This document shows positions 49,619-61,900 of a stretch of DNA of 64,000 bases, piece by piece (the stretch's first letter is position 1; every line of letters begins with the position of its first letter). A program made the position numbers and the translations under genes. Under the pieces are notes generated by a model that saw nothing but the letters and a program-made list of their open reading frames with translations, was not told the DNA's origin and did not search any database. Source of the stretch: Eledone cirrhosa (lineage: Eukaryota); assembly GCA_964016885.1 (NCBI GenBank), contig OZ024743.1, positions 100,130,001 through 100,194,000 of the forward strand, written 5' to 3'.

Positions 49619-49703
49619 CTGTTCTTGTGTTGAATTTGAGGCAGCTGTGGCAGTACTGAGTGAAGTATCCCGAGCAGAGGGGAGATTCATATTTAGTTCC
49701 AGT
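49619..49703 (-). CDS. CHMP1B: CHMP1B-like coding exon 6 (LELNMNLPSARDTSLSTATAASNSTQEQ)
   Basis: ttacag acceptor, gtatgg donor, 85 nt, phase 2-0 compatible with exon 5. Matches GLDLNMELP...EQ. Confidence 0.9.
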
Positions 49704-50451
49704 CTGTAATAAAAGGAAATGTTAAAGACTCTTAAATATATTCTGGCTTCCTCTATAATACAAATTCTTTAGTATTAGTGCTGCTGCCACAATAAAATGC
49801 ACTTAGTACACATTGCAAAGTGGAAGTGTTGGTGCCATAACAAAATGCACTCAGAACACTCTGGAAAGGAATCTAGATGAGGAAACGTTGCCAAAATTCT
49901 GTACAGTTAACCCAATATAAATTAAGGGTGCACAAGAGATGCAGAAGAATGGCAGAGAATACAGGACTTCATATGTACCCGATGTACAGGAGTAGTTAGC
50001 AGTTAGAAAAGGTAAGAAATAAATTCATTCAAATGCCTGTAGGGCTAGAAATAGTTGATTTCCTTCTGTTACACAGGTAACTAATTTGTAGTAGAGGTGA
50101 AAATTCAGAAAGTATAATAGACAATGCTGAAAAAGTCTCTCAATCCTGTATAAGTTTTTATTTAGAATTACTGCTCTCCTCAGACAGATTGCCTACACTG
50201 TAACTTTTAGAGTCTCACATATTCGCATGATTAAGAGATGGCAACATGAATGGACCTGTTATTTTCCTCTAAAAAAATATTTTCCGATTCCGCCCTGCCT
50301 ATCCACTCAATCTTTCTAATTTCTCATTATTCCTTCATTTGTGTTGTTATTTCTGTTTACCTTTTACATATATATGTGTATGTGTCAGGTTCAACCAGGG
50401 ATAGCCACAGTAAGTAAGGCACTCAATACATTGTAGAGTATATAATAATCA

Positions 50452-50495
50452 TCCTGATGATTTCCTCGGGATGAAACAGTTCTAGTCCTGTAGAA
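50452..50495 (+). ncRNA. Hammerhead ribozyme motif (same family as 13442-13490), helix I truncated
   Basis: tc-CTGATGA-t ttcc tc ggga t-GAAA-cag ttctagtc ctg-TA-ga. The preceding 50400-50440 is an inverted copy of 13512-13550-like sequence. Confidence 0.68.
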
Positions 50496-50667
50496 GCCAT
50501 TTTTTATATTAAACATATATGTATATAATATAATCATCTATATATATAATATAATTATATATATACAGATATATATAGTGTAATGTTTAGTTACTGATAG
50601 TTCACCAGTTTGAATACCCAATGCTAAAATTTGGGACCAGTTACTAATGTGCGATTCTATGTACAGT

Positions 50668-53158
50668 CCTCTGTAAAATGGTCATCTTGGTGCCATGATA
50701 AAAGTACCCTGTCCCCACTGTAAAGTGATCATCTTAGTGCCATGATAAAAGCACCCTGTCCTCACTGTAAAGTGGTCATCTTAGTGCCATGATAAAAGCA
50801 CCCTGCCCCACTGTAAAGTGGTCATCTTAGTGCCATGATAAAAGCACCCTGTCCCCACTGTAAAGTGGTCATCTTAGTGCCATGATAAAAGCACCCTGTC
50901 CCCACTGTAAAGTGGCCATCTTAGTGCCTTGATAAAAGCACCCTGTCCCCACTGTAAAGTGGTCATCTTAGTGCCATGATAAAAGCACCCTGTCCCCACT
51001 GTAAAGTGGTCATCTTAGTGCCAATATAAAAGCACCGTCCTCACTGTAAAGTGGTCATCTTAGTGCCATGATAAAAGCACCCTGTCCCCACTGTAAAGTG
51101 GTCATCTTAGTGCCATGATAAAAGCACCCTGTCCCCACTGTAAAGTGGCCATCTTAGTGCCTTGATAAAAGCACCCTGTCCCCACTGTAAAGTGGTCATC
51201 TTAGTGCCATGATAAAAGCACCCTGTCCCCACTGTAAAGTGGTCATCTTAGTGCCAATATAAAAGCACCGTCCTCACTGTAAAGTGGTCATCTTAGTGCC
51301 ATGATAAAAGCACCCTGTCCCCACTGTAAAGTGGTCATCTTAGTGCCAATATAAAAGCACCGTCCTCACTGTAAAGTGGTCATCTTAGTGCCATGATAAA
51401 AGCATCCTGTCCCCACTGTAAAGTGGTCATCTTAGTGCCATGATAAAAGCACCCTGTCCTCACTGTAAAGTGGTCATCTTGGTGCCAATATAAAAGCACC
51501 CTGTTCCCACTATAAAGTGGTCATCTTAGTGCCATGATAAAAGCACCCTGTCCTCACTGTAAAGTGGTCATCTTAGTGCCAATATAAAAGCACCGTCCTC
51601 ACTGTAAAGTGGTCATCTTGGTGCCATGATAAAAGGACCCTGTCCCCACTGTAAAGTGGTCATCTTAGTGCCATGATAAAAGCACCATGTCCTCACTGTA
51701 AAGTGGTCATCTTGGTGCCAATATAAAAGCACCCTGTTCCCACTATAAAGTGGTCATCTTAGTGCCATGATAAAAGCACCCTGTCCTCACTGTAAAGTGG
51801 TCATCTTAGTGCCATGATAAAAGCACCCTGTCCCCACTGTAAAGTGGTCATCTTAGTGCCTTGATAAAAGCACCCTGTCCCCACTGTAAAGTGGTCATCT
51901 TAGTGCCATGATAAAAGCACCCTGTCCTCACTGTAAAGTGGTCATCTTAGTGCCATGATAAAAGCACCCTGTCCCCACTGTAAAGTGGTCATCTTAGTGC
52001 CTTGATAAAAGCACCCTGTCCCCACTGTAAAGTGGTCATCTTAGTGCCTTGATAAAAGCACCCTGTCCCCACTGTAAAGTGGTCATCTTAGTGCCTTGAT
52101 AAAAGCACCGTCCCCACTGTAAAGTGGTCATCTTAGTGCCATGATAAAAGCACCCTGTCCTCCCTGTAAAGTGGTCATCTTAGTGCCATGATAAAAGCAC
52201 CCTGTCCTCACTGTAAAGTGGTCATCTTAGTGCCTTGATAAAAGCACCCTGTCCCCACTGTAAAGTGGTCATCTTAGTGCCATGATAAAAGCACCCTGTC
52301 CCCACTGTAAAGTGGTCATCTTAGTGCCATGATAAAAGCACCCTGTCCCCACTGTAAAGTGGTCATCTTAGTGCCAATATAAAAGCACCGTCCTCACTGT
52401 AAAGTGGTCATCTTGGTGCCAATATAAAAGCAACCTGTCCTCACTGTAAAGTGGTCATCTTAGTACCAATATAAAAACACCCTGTTCCCACTGTAAAGTG
52501 GTCATCTTGGTGCCAATATAAAAACACCCTGTCCTCACTGTAAAGTGGTCATCTTAGTGCCATGATAAAAGCACCCTGTCCCCACTGTAAAGTGGCCATC
52601 TTAGTGCCATGATAAAAGTACCCTGTCCCCACTGTAAAGTGGCCATCTTGGTGCCAATATAAAAGCACCCTGTTCCCACTGTAAAGTGGTCATCTTAGTG
52701 CCATGATAAAAGCACCCTGTCCCCACTGTAAAGTGGCCATCTTTGTGCCATGATAAAAGCACCCTGTCCCCACTGTAAAGTGGCCATCTTGGTGCCATGA
52801 TAAAAGCACCCTGTCCCCACTGTAAAGTGGTCATCTTAGTGCCTTGATAAAAGCACCCTGTCCTCATGTAAAGTGGTCATCTTGGTGCCAATATAAAAAT
52901 ACCCTGTCCCCACTGTAAAGTGGCCATCTTGGTGCCATGATAAAAAGCACCCAGTCCCCACTGTTAAGTGGTCATCTTGGTGCCATGATAAAAGCACCCT
53001 GTCCCCACTGTAGAGTGGTCATCTTGGTGCCATGATAAAAAGCACCCACTCCCCACTGTAAAGGGTCATCTTGGTGCCATGATAAAAAGCACCCACTCCC
53101 CACTGTAAAGTGGTCATCTTGGTGCCATGATAAAAAGCACCCAGTCCACTGTAAAGTG
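50668..53158. repeat. 47-bp minisatellite (CACTGTAAAGTGGTCATCTTAGTGCCATGATAAAAGCACCCTGTCCC), ~53 copies, in CHMP1 intron 5
   Basis: Directly visible; grades into an RTE-tail SINE 3' end at 53160-53372. Confidence 0.96.
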
Positions 53159-53374
53159 GCTGTGTTAGTAAGACACGACAAAAAGCTCCCAGTCCCCACT
53201 GTAAATGTGACTGACAGTAGGAAGAGCATCCAGCCGTAGAAGCCAAGCCAGAAACATTTCTGTATGAGCAAGACAGTCATCTTATCTGACTTGTCTTACA
53301 ATGTGACAACTTGTCTAACTCATGCTAGCGTGGGAAAACGGATGTTAATTGGTGATGATAATGACGATGATGAA

Positions 53375-53539
53375 TAATAATTGTTTCTACTTTTGGCACA
53401 AGGCCAACAATTATCCCAGTGCATTACTGGTACTTTATTTTATCGACCCCGTAAGGATGAAAGGCAAAGTTAACCTCGGCGGGATTTGAACTCAGAATGG
53501 CAAGGGCCGTAACTCTATGCGTCAAAACATGGTGTCCGA
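53375..53539 (-). mobile_element. SINE family A copy in CHMP1 intron 5
   Basis: Reverse complement of 27560-27743. Confidence 0.85.
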
Positions 53540-53853
53540 TCCTCTACCGATACTGCCAAATAATAATGAGCAGGAACGATGTGTCAATATAACATCATGA
53601 TACACGTTTTGCAATCAATCAGCACAAGGTACAATCGGTAGTGATCAGGCCCAACTCTAGAATCAATAGATCTTGACGTCACTTGTCTCACAATGGGACA
53701 ACTCATCTAACCCATGTTAGTGTGGAAAAATGGATGTTAAACGGAGATGATGATGATGACGATATATACATGTGTGCGCGCGCAAATGTTAATATTTCCT
53801 AATCACATGAATTAAGATATTTTAATACAGTGTATCTTAGAGCGTATATTTAC

Positions 53854-54005
53854 CCGGCTTCATCTGCAACCTGCATCATCAAACTATCCACCTCGTTTTG
53901 TGGAGCTGTCAAAGTTGATGTGTTGCTCATTGTACCATCCATCACCTGAGACTGTACATCAAGATTTTCAAATTCTTTCTCAAACCGATCCATTAATGTA
54001 GCAAC
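53854..54005 (-). CDS. CHMP1B: CHMP1B-like coding exon 5 (VATLMDRFEKEFENLDVQSQVMDGTMSNTSTLTAPQNEVDSLMMQVADEAG)
   Basis: AG/GT bounded, 152 nt, phase 0-2, inside ORF 53850..54041. Matches CHMP1 LMDKFE.QFE.LDVQ...ADEAG. Confidence 0.95.
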
Positions 54006-54087
54006 CTGCAAAAGTAGGCAAAGAGAAATATAAGTGATCATTTGTCACATATTGTGTCATGCTGATTTCGCTTAGGAATTCCATTAA

Positions 54088-54272
54088 CCCTTTAGCATTT
54101 AAACCATATCCAACCAGAATTCTCTCACTTCTTTCTGTTCAAACCGACCGTAACCGGCCACTCATATTGATGTTAAGGTATTGTTCTCAAAATGAATAAT
54201 ATCAAAATCTAGTAGCTTCGATATTATGTGAGGTAAAGCCTTTACCATGAAAATATAATAGTAAATATAGAG
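54088..54272. mobile_element. piggyBac-like MITE family A (right end lost)
   Basis: TTAA-CCCTTTAGCATTT start; body matches the other copies. Confidence 0.7.
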
Positions 54273-55188
54273 TGTCTATGGAATACTCAACCACTTACAA
54301 ATTTATTCATTAGATGGATATACAGTTGATTGAACAACTGAAAGCTAATCACTAAAATCAAGGGAATTGATCACAGAGGCAAGTTGCACCTCTACATGGT
54401 ATCTATTTTCAATGAGGTGAACTGGGTCACTTAGTGCAAGTGTTTTTGTTAGAGACACAATGCAACAAATATTGACAGATGATAATCAAATATTGTAATT
54501 TCATTACTTAGACATTCGTGTTAATTTAACTGTGCCTGGAGAACACCCACACAAGTACACAACCTCAGATCAAAGTTTTCCAATGTTTTCCATTGTGAAG
54601 GCATGCAACCCAGTGGTTAGAATGTTGTGCTCATGATTGTAAAGTCAGGAATTCAATCCCTGAAACAGGTAGTGTACTGTGTCCTTGAGCAAAGCACCCC
54701 CACCCCCCTCCACATTGTTCCAGTCCATTTAGCTAGAGGCTGGTTTTGGCCAGGTTGGTATCAAGAGGGTTCATCTTATAACAGACTGCGGTTCCATATA
54801 GAGGAGGAGTCTTGTTCTCTCAGTTTCTTAATACCTCATGAAAAGTTCTGGTCTGATGAGTCAGGCTTGAGAAAGACTTTAATTAATTAACAAACTAAAC
54901 TTACCGTTAGATTTGTACTCCTGCTATCACTGTAATCAGCAAGAATAGATAGATTTATCCAGCACAAACATCCACTACCAAATAATCTTCTTCAAGGATA
55001 TAGCTACCATCATAGCAATAATTGTTTCTATTTTAGGCACAAGGCCAGCAATTAACCAGTATATTACTGGTACTTTATTTACTGGTACCATCATAGCAAT
55101 AATATTCATAGCACAGTTATTTGTAGATATTCAAATCTTTACTACAACCTCAACCACACAAAATTCTAGAAAAAGAAACATAAATTAC

Positions 55189-55257
55189 CTTCTCTAAGTT
55201 CATAGATTTCATAGCTGATTCCATAGATTTCACGACACCTCCCATAGACTGAGTGAC
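55189..55257 (-). CDS. CHMP1B: CHMP1B-like coding exon 4 (VTQSMGGVVKSMESAMKSMNLEK)
   Basis: AG/GT bounded, 69 nt, inside ORF 55150..55365. Matches CHMP1 VTKSMAGVVKSM...MNLEK. Confidence 0.95.
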
Positions 55258-56961
55258 CTGTATGACAAACAAAACAAGGTTAATAATTTCATATTTCTTA
55301 AAAGCTGGGAGATGGTTGGCTGGAGGAAAGTGAACAGCATTAACAGCAAAGTTATTCTTAAACATAACAAATCCATAATATACACAGATTTAAGAGGTTT
55401 ACTTTGCAGTCACAAATTCCTAGGATCAAATTCCACAGTATGGTATCTTGGGCAAGTATATTTTACCATAGCCATAAGTCAACCCAAGCCTTGTAAGTGA
55501 AATTGGGTAGATGAAAAACATTTGCTCATAATAATGAGAGATGGGGAGAGCAGGAGAGATGAAGGCAGTGACAGTAGGATTTTGGTTCCTTTGTGTTCAG
55601 ACCTGGTGTGTATGTTTATGTTCGACAGACTTGAATTGACTTGAGGCTATAGTAAAAGGCACGCTTGTCCAATAATAAAATAGGAAAAGAATCTGAATGT
55701 CAGTATCTGCATTTCTAAAGAGGAATGGTTAGGAAAGGTGTATAGTAGTGTAGATCCGCTAAGGATGTTAGAGAAAAAGAGAAAGAAACAGTAAGTGTGA
55801 AGACAGAAATAGTGATAGCTAAGCTGGAGGAAGAGGGGGAGGTGGAGAAAGTATGCAGTTAATGCATTGAGAAAGGCAACAGTCATTATAGTAGCAGTTG
55901 AAATGGCAAACATTGTAAATAGCATCTACTTGAGACAGTGAGTCTGGTTTAACATTTTTGTTGCCATATTTTTAAGGAAATGCACTGCAGCTTAATTAAT
56001 TCATGATGAATTAAAAAGGATTAATTATTTCATTATTAAGATGGTATTTGTAGCTTAGCTTAACAAAATGTTCTTAAATCAAATTATTCTGGAAGATTTT
56101 TAATTTAAATAGGAACTCATTAAAAGGGGTAGTTTGAGAGAACCAAAGCCAGTTTGGGGCTGATTGTTATCAAAATAGGTACAACATATTCCTGCATGTT
56201 GTAAGAGGTGTGTAAAAGGGTTAGCACCAGGAAGGACATCCAGCTATAAACAATTGCTTTGAAAAGGACATTTTGATCAATATGTTTTCGTTATTAACCA
56301 CAAGAGTTGACACAAAGCATAACATTAAGGATGGTCTTAAAACGTTTATTGGTTGTAACGTGTTATTGAGTGACTCTTAACAAATCAATTAAATCGTCTT
56401 ATTTTAGATGCAATTTAGAATGTAAACTGGTTGTGGTGCTGGTGCCATCATAAACAGCACCCAGTACACTCTGTGGTTGGCATAATAAAGAGCATCTAGC
56501 CATAGAAAAGTTGCCAAATATAAGGTTGGGAGGACCCTCTAGTTGTGTCAAAGATATGACCACCTCTCTAATGACACGATAAAATGCATTCTGAGAATAT
56601 GGAACCATATGTAAGCAAGATGCGAACCCTCAGCCTGTCTGTGAGGTCAGTGGTCCTGCTTCAGTACAGACTAGATCTGTAAAGACCTGTTCAACCCTTG
56701 CTAAAGTGGATGTTAAATAATGACTATGATGATGATGATTCTGCATGACACAGTGTGTGACCAAGCTAGCCCTTTGAATTACAGGTATGGTGTTCAACAA
56801 GCTTCCAAACAGTCTCTGTCTACGTAGTTTCACTAACAAGGCACGAATGACTCAAGCCTATGGTAAATGATACTTGCCAAAGATGACACAAAGTGGAACC
56901 TAACTTCTTAACCATTGACAATAACATAACATAAATAAAATACAAAACTGATTCCACAGAC

Positions 56962-57108
56962 CTTTTTGGTTGTTACTGCTGTTTGTACTCTTGCTGAAAC
57001 TGCATCTATCCGAGCACTCATTCTTCTGTAGTTCAAAGCCTGGTTTTTCTCTCTGATAGCATTCTCTGCATGAATTTTGGCACCTTCTGAGTTTCCTTTC
57101 TGAATGGC
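56962..57108 (-). CDS. CHMP1B: CHMP1B-like coding exon 3 (AIQKGNSEGAKIHAENAIREKNQALNYRRMSARIDAVSARVQTAVTTKK)
   Basis: cag acceptor, gtctgt donor, 147 nt, phase 0-0. Contains the CHMP1 signature IHAENAIR..NQA.N..RMSAR.DAV.ARVQTAVT. Confidence 0.95.
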
Positions 57109-57136
57109 CTGGTAAACATGAATAAATAGAAATCAT

Positions 57137-57308
57137 ATAGAGTTACGGCCCTTTCCATTCTGAGTTCAAATCCCGCCAAGGTTAACTTTGCCTTTCATCC
57201 TTAGGGGGTCAATAAAATAAAGTACCACTCACGCACTGGGGTCGATTTAATCGACTTTCCCCTCCCCCAAAATTGCTGGCCTTGTGCCTATATAAGAAAT
57301 CATTATTA
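57137..57308 (+). mobile_element. SINE family A (variant with gtcgatttaatcgac hairpin) in CHMP1 intron 2
   Basis: gagttacggccc...gagttcaaatcccgcc...gcctttcatcc...ggccttgtgcc...(att)n. Confidence 0.82.
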
Positions 57309-57554
57309 TCAGTGTTTTATGTTTATTTTCCATGTTTGCATAGGTTAGACAGGTGTTACATTCTGAGTCTAGATATACATGTCAAATTTCTGTCTTGCTC
57401 ATTCCATTTTGGCAAGATTTCAACAGTTGGATACCCTTCCTAATGCCAACCCACTTCACAACATCAACTGGGTTTGTTTTCCTGTGTCACCACCTCTGCC
57501 ACCTGGTAGGATAGATAGGCTGTTATTTTTTTTAGGTACCAGCACTAACAATGT

Positions 57555-58020
57555 AGGTTGAGTGCATTTTATCGTAACCAGCATTACCCCTTTACAGTGT
57601 GGGCTGGGTACATTTTATCATGACACCAGTTCTACCATTTTATAGTGTGGGCTGGGTACATTTTATCATGACACCAGTTCTACCATTTTATAGTGTGGGC
57701 TGGGTACATTTTATCATGACACCAGTTCTACCACTTTATAGTGTTGTCTGGGTACATTTTATCATGACACCAGTTCTACCACTTTATAGTGTTGTCTGGG
57801 TACATTTTATCATGACACCAGTTCTACCACTTTATAGTGTTGTCTGGGTACATTTTATCATGACACCAGTTCTACCACTTTATAGTGTTGTCTGGGTACA
57901 TTTTATCATGACACCAGTTCTACCACTTTATAGGGTTGTCTGGGTGCATTTTATCATGACACCAGTTCTACCACTTTATAGTGTGGGCTGGGTTCATTTT
58001 ATCATGACACCAGCACTACC
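57555..58020. repeat. 48-bp minisatellite (~9 copies), inverted relative of the 47-bp array
   Basis: Unit cattttatcatgacaccagttctaccactttatagtgt.g.ctgggta; its reverse complement shares cacta/gtaaagtgg and tg.catgataaaa with the 47-mer. Confidence 0.9.
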
Positions 58021-58479
58021 TGTGTGGGTTGATCCACAATTTCCTGTGTGGATTGATCCACAATTAATTCTATTTAATTCATGTATGAAAGAATTCAATT
58101 TTGGTATGATAAATCTTCTATTGGATTCAATGATAAGCATTCAGTTGTTTCATCAACTGAACATACAACATGTGAATTAATATCACACTCCATTTCTTCT
58201 CTTCTGAAAAAGGGATCCTAACCTCAAAATATCATAAAATATGAGGTACAAGGATAAAGTGTTATTTTGTCTCTTACTTTACTTTTCACTTTATATCTAA
58301 CTTGCATTGTACTGGCTTTCCTGAAACTATTCTAACCAAAACTAGACTTAATTGAGCCTACTCATTATGGGGAAATGTACAATTTTATAAAAATATCATA
58401 TCAGATAAAAGCATGATTAATGAATTAGACAATAGAGCTGTCTATAATGATATACAATCAATACTTGAATATGAATATA

Positions 58480-58822
58480 CACTACACCTGATGTCCCCTT
58501 CCATACACATGCACACATGTATATCATGACTCATACACTGTTCATTTTCCTGACATTTGTACATTATTCTATGTACTATACATGTACCTGACGAGTTGTA
58601 GTGCACCTGAGCACTGTACACAATAATTTCATTGGATTGGCAGTATCAGTAGAGGGTCGGACGCCATGCTTTCCAGCATAGTTACGTCCCTTTACGATCT
58701 GAGTTCAAATCCCGCCGAGGTTGACTTTGCCTTTCATCCTGACGGGGTCGATAAAATAAAGTACCAGTAATGCACTGGGTAATTGCTGGCCCTGTGCCTA
58801 AAGTAGAAACAATTATTATTAT
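58480..58822 (+). mobile_element. Composite of CR1 3' end (58480-58632) and SINE-A (58633-58822) inside one 24-bp TSD
   Basis: Direct repeat aatcaatact(t/g)gaatatgaatata at 58456-58479 and 58823-58846. Confidence 0.82.
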
Positions 58823-58868
58823 AATCAATACTGGAATATGAATATATTCAATACTTTTAAATACTTAC

Positions 58869-58966
58869 TTTTTTTAATTTTAGTTTTTCTTCTTTGTCAG
58901 ATTTTTCACTTTTCTTTGCCAATCTCTCCAAATTCTTGGCAGCAAATTTCAGGTTAAACATATGCT
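58869..58966 (-). CDS. CHMP1B: CHMP1B-like coding exon 2 (HMFNLKFAAKNLERLAKKSEKSDKEEKLKLKK)
   Basis: Acceptor ccctaactttttaaaag, donor gtaagt, 98 nt. Peptide matches the CHMP1 HLFNLKFAAK helix. Confidence 0.93.
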
Positions 58967-61900
58967 CTTTTAAAAAGTTAGGGAGTAATAAAGTTGAATG
59001 TTTTTTGTCATGCATAGAGTATATGAGAAGAAAATGAATGAACTGACATTACAATTACTTTTTTTACCTTTTGTCAAATCTAGTCTTTAAAAAAAATGAT
59101 ACATTGAACTTTGTGTTCCTGGATGTTCTACTATATTAGAAAAAAAGAAGGGATAACCATAAATGGCATGCCTTTATGGGTCTGCTCCATCAAGGCTGAC
59201 CAAAAAATGTTGACCATACCTGCATTAGATAATGTACTCCTAGAGGTCTGTGGCCTACTGATGAAGGTGTTGGGCTCACAATCATAAGGCTCTGGATTCT
59301 TGTACTGAGTGGCAAGATATGCTTTTGAGCAAGATGCTTCATTTCATAGTGCTTATCGTGACAGAATTGAAGCCCCTACCCTTAAAACACTAGAGAAAGC
59401 TCATCTGAGATGTAACCTCATAGGAGACCAGTTAAACTTGCATAGGTACAGGCTGTAAATTTCATTTCATATTTTCAGATACACTACATCTAAAACAAGA
59501 CAGATGGTCAGGGCTGGAAAATCTTTGTTCACAGATTCACTCAATCAAGGTTAATGTACAGCTGCCCAACAACATTCTGGACTGTGTTTAGACATGTTAT
59601 TTATCTGAGAATGACAACAGTACATAGGTTAGTCCATTCAACAGGATGATGAACCACTAAACAATTACATATTACCCATCTAGCATTCATATTTTAGTCA
59701 ATATCTGTTCATTGAAAAATGAATTAATTACTTGACTTTAAATGATCAGAGGTATCCATCAAATAGTGGTCAGCCCTAGTAACTAGTGACTGTTAAATAA
59801 GACCAGTGGGATACTGCTATTCTAACTGCACCCACAGAATCTGCTCAACTTAATACTACAAAGTAATAAATCACTTGTCAACTTTGCAATGCTACCACCA
59901 TCATCATCATCGTTTAACGTCTCTCTTCCATGCTAGCATGGGTTAGACCATGTCAATGGAAATGAACATAGTCATTAAATGAGTGACTATATGTACATGT
60001 TTTTGTGTATGTGTGTGCACAGATCACTTCTATCACTACCATAATGATATATGCCGGGACAAAGATGTTCTCCGACATGCTGAACCCCAGACGCATGTTG
60101 CCTCGTGGTCCCAGCAGACGGAATAGAGAAAGTATTATCCAGGAAGATAGCAAGGTAAGCATATATTCTTATCAAAGTGAATTGAGCCATTTGAAATTTG
60201 GCTTGATTACAATACCAATTACAATATATAAGCGACATGATAAAGTCCAACCTTGAACACTTACACCTCTCTAAGACAATGTCACTTGATCGAGATCTTT
60301 AGCGCCACGCAGTAATACAGAAAACCCGCCTTCCCTACATGCAAAGTTAACCTACAGTCAGTAGGCCCCTCCAAACCAAACATACACCCCAATCCACTAC
60401 CCCTACTCCATCCTTCCACTTCTGCCAACACCACCCTTTCTCTGTAAAGTTATGTTAGTACCACAACATCCAGTCCAAACTAATGAGATTGCGTAGGGGT
60501 TATGACAAAAAACACTGGCCGTGTAGGTCACATGGTAAAAAGTTCCCAGTCCATACTGTAAATGTGGTTGGTGTTAGGAAGGGCATCCAGCCGTAGAAAA
60601 CCTGCCTATACGAGCGAGACACGGTCACCCGACCAATCGTGCCTCAAGTGGGACAACTCCCATCTAACCCATGCTAGCGTGGAAGATAGACGTTAAACGA
60701 TGATGATGAAGCATTAAAACCAGTTATCCAGGACTGGCGTTTGTGTATTTAGCAAGCTAGACTAACTCTACAATATGCACCCCTTTCTTCCAAATAAAAT
60801 CATTTCAATTTACAGTTTGGTAAAGCTGACAAACCTAATTTTTTTACACTTCTGACTGACTACACTGAGATAATTACTAAGGCTGCATATATGGTCCACA
60901 GTCATCCAGCCACATCATGTTAAATGTCATTAACACCATATGACCCTCTTCACCACTTTAGATATTTCCACAGCACTACTACACAGCAAACATTAGTGAT
61001 TTACTTATTGACTGCAGAAAATTATTATATATTTAACTTAATTATACAAATATGTATAAAACTGACATCCTTTGAGGTTCTGCAATTCAGTAATCTGATT
61101 TTTTTTTTTTTAGATTTGCGTCCTATGCAGCTGCCTAGTTGTCCTAATGGTAACGCCAGCCTTGCTTTTATCAGTATTACTGGAGATCTTTACTAAATGA
61201 TTTTTGCCGACGCAAACCACTAATTTTCTCGGACTCTGGTTATTATTATCAAATTTACACTCTACCCACTTAGCATATGCACTAAAATTTTGTATTTAGG
61301 CTACATATTCCTAAACCTATTGCTTGGCGAGTATTTAAAAAGGCAAATGCGATAGAAGATATAAAATCAAAGAACTTTTGGAATTTGGGACTCGTCTTAG
61401 TAGTAACAGGCAACAGCTTAAGCCCACTTAAGTATGACTCGATAAAGAGCACTAAATGTTTACGAGCGCAGTTCTTCTATCTTTGAAACTCACCGCACAA
61501 TTCCATCTTTGCGAAATAGTCGCTATTTTCAATTTCCTGGTAAAATGTATATTTACCAAATATATTATGACGTCATTAAAACGAAGAGGAAATAATATAA
61601 TTGCTCCGACTTGGACGGGTACTTTTATTTTATTATGATTATTTCTAGACTTGAAACTATACAATCTATGAAGTTTGCCTGTTAACTATCCAGGCTCAAT
61701 CTTTGTTTTATAATCTATAAAAATTTCAATTCAGTAATATTAAAAATAAAAAATAAAGAACTAATTAAATTTCTTTCTTAAATATAAACGTATCAATATT
61801 AATTTTGCTCAATCGTCTAACTGTATTAAGTTGTCTGTCAACTCAGAAATAAACAACAATTTAGGTTGACAAGCTATTACATGCTAGAAAAATATGTTCC

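Noticed and set aside
50668-53158. Regular array resembling CRISPR
   Set aside because: Units are contiguous with no unique spacers, there are no cas genes, and it lies in a eukaryotic intron.
54852-54890. CTGATGA-gtcaggcttga-GAAA
   Set aside because: No convincing helix I, helix III or cleavage triplet; similar incomplete cases at ~1277 and ~27906.
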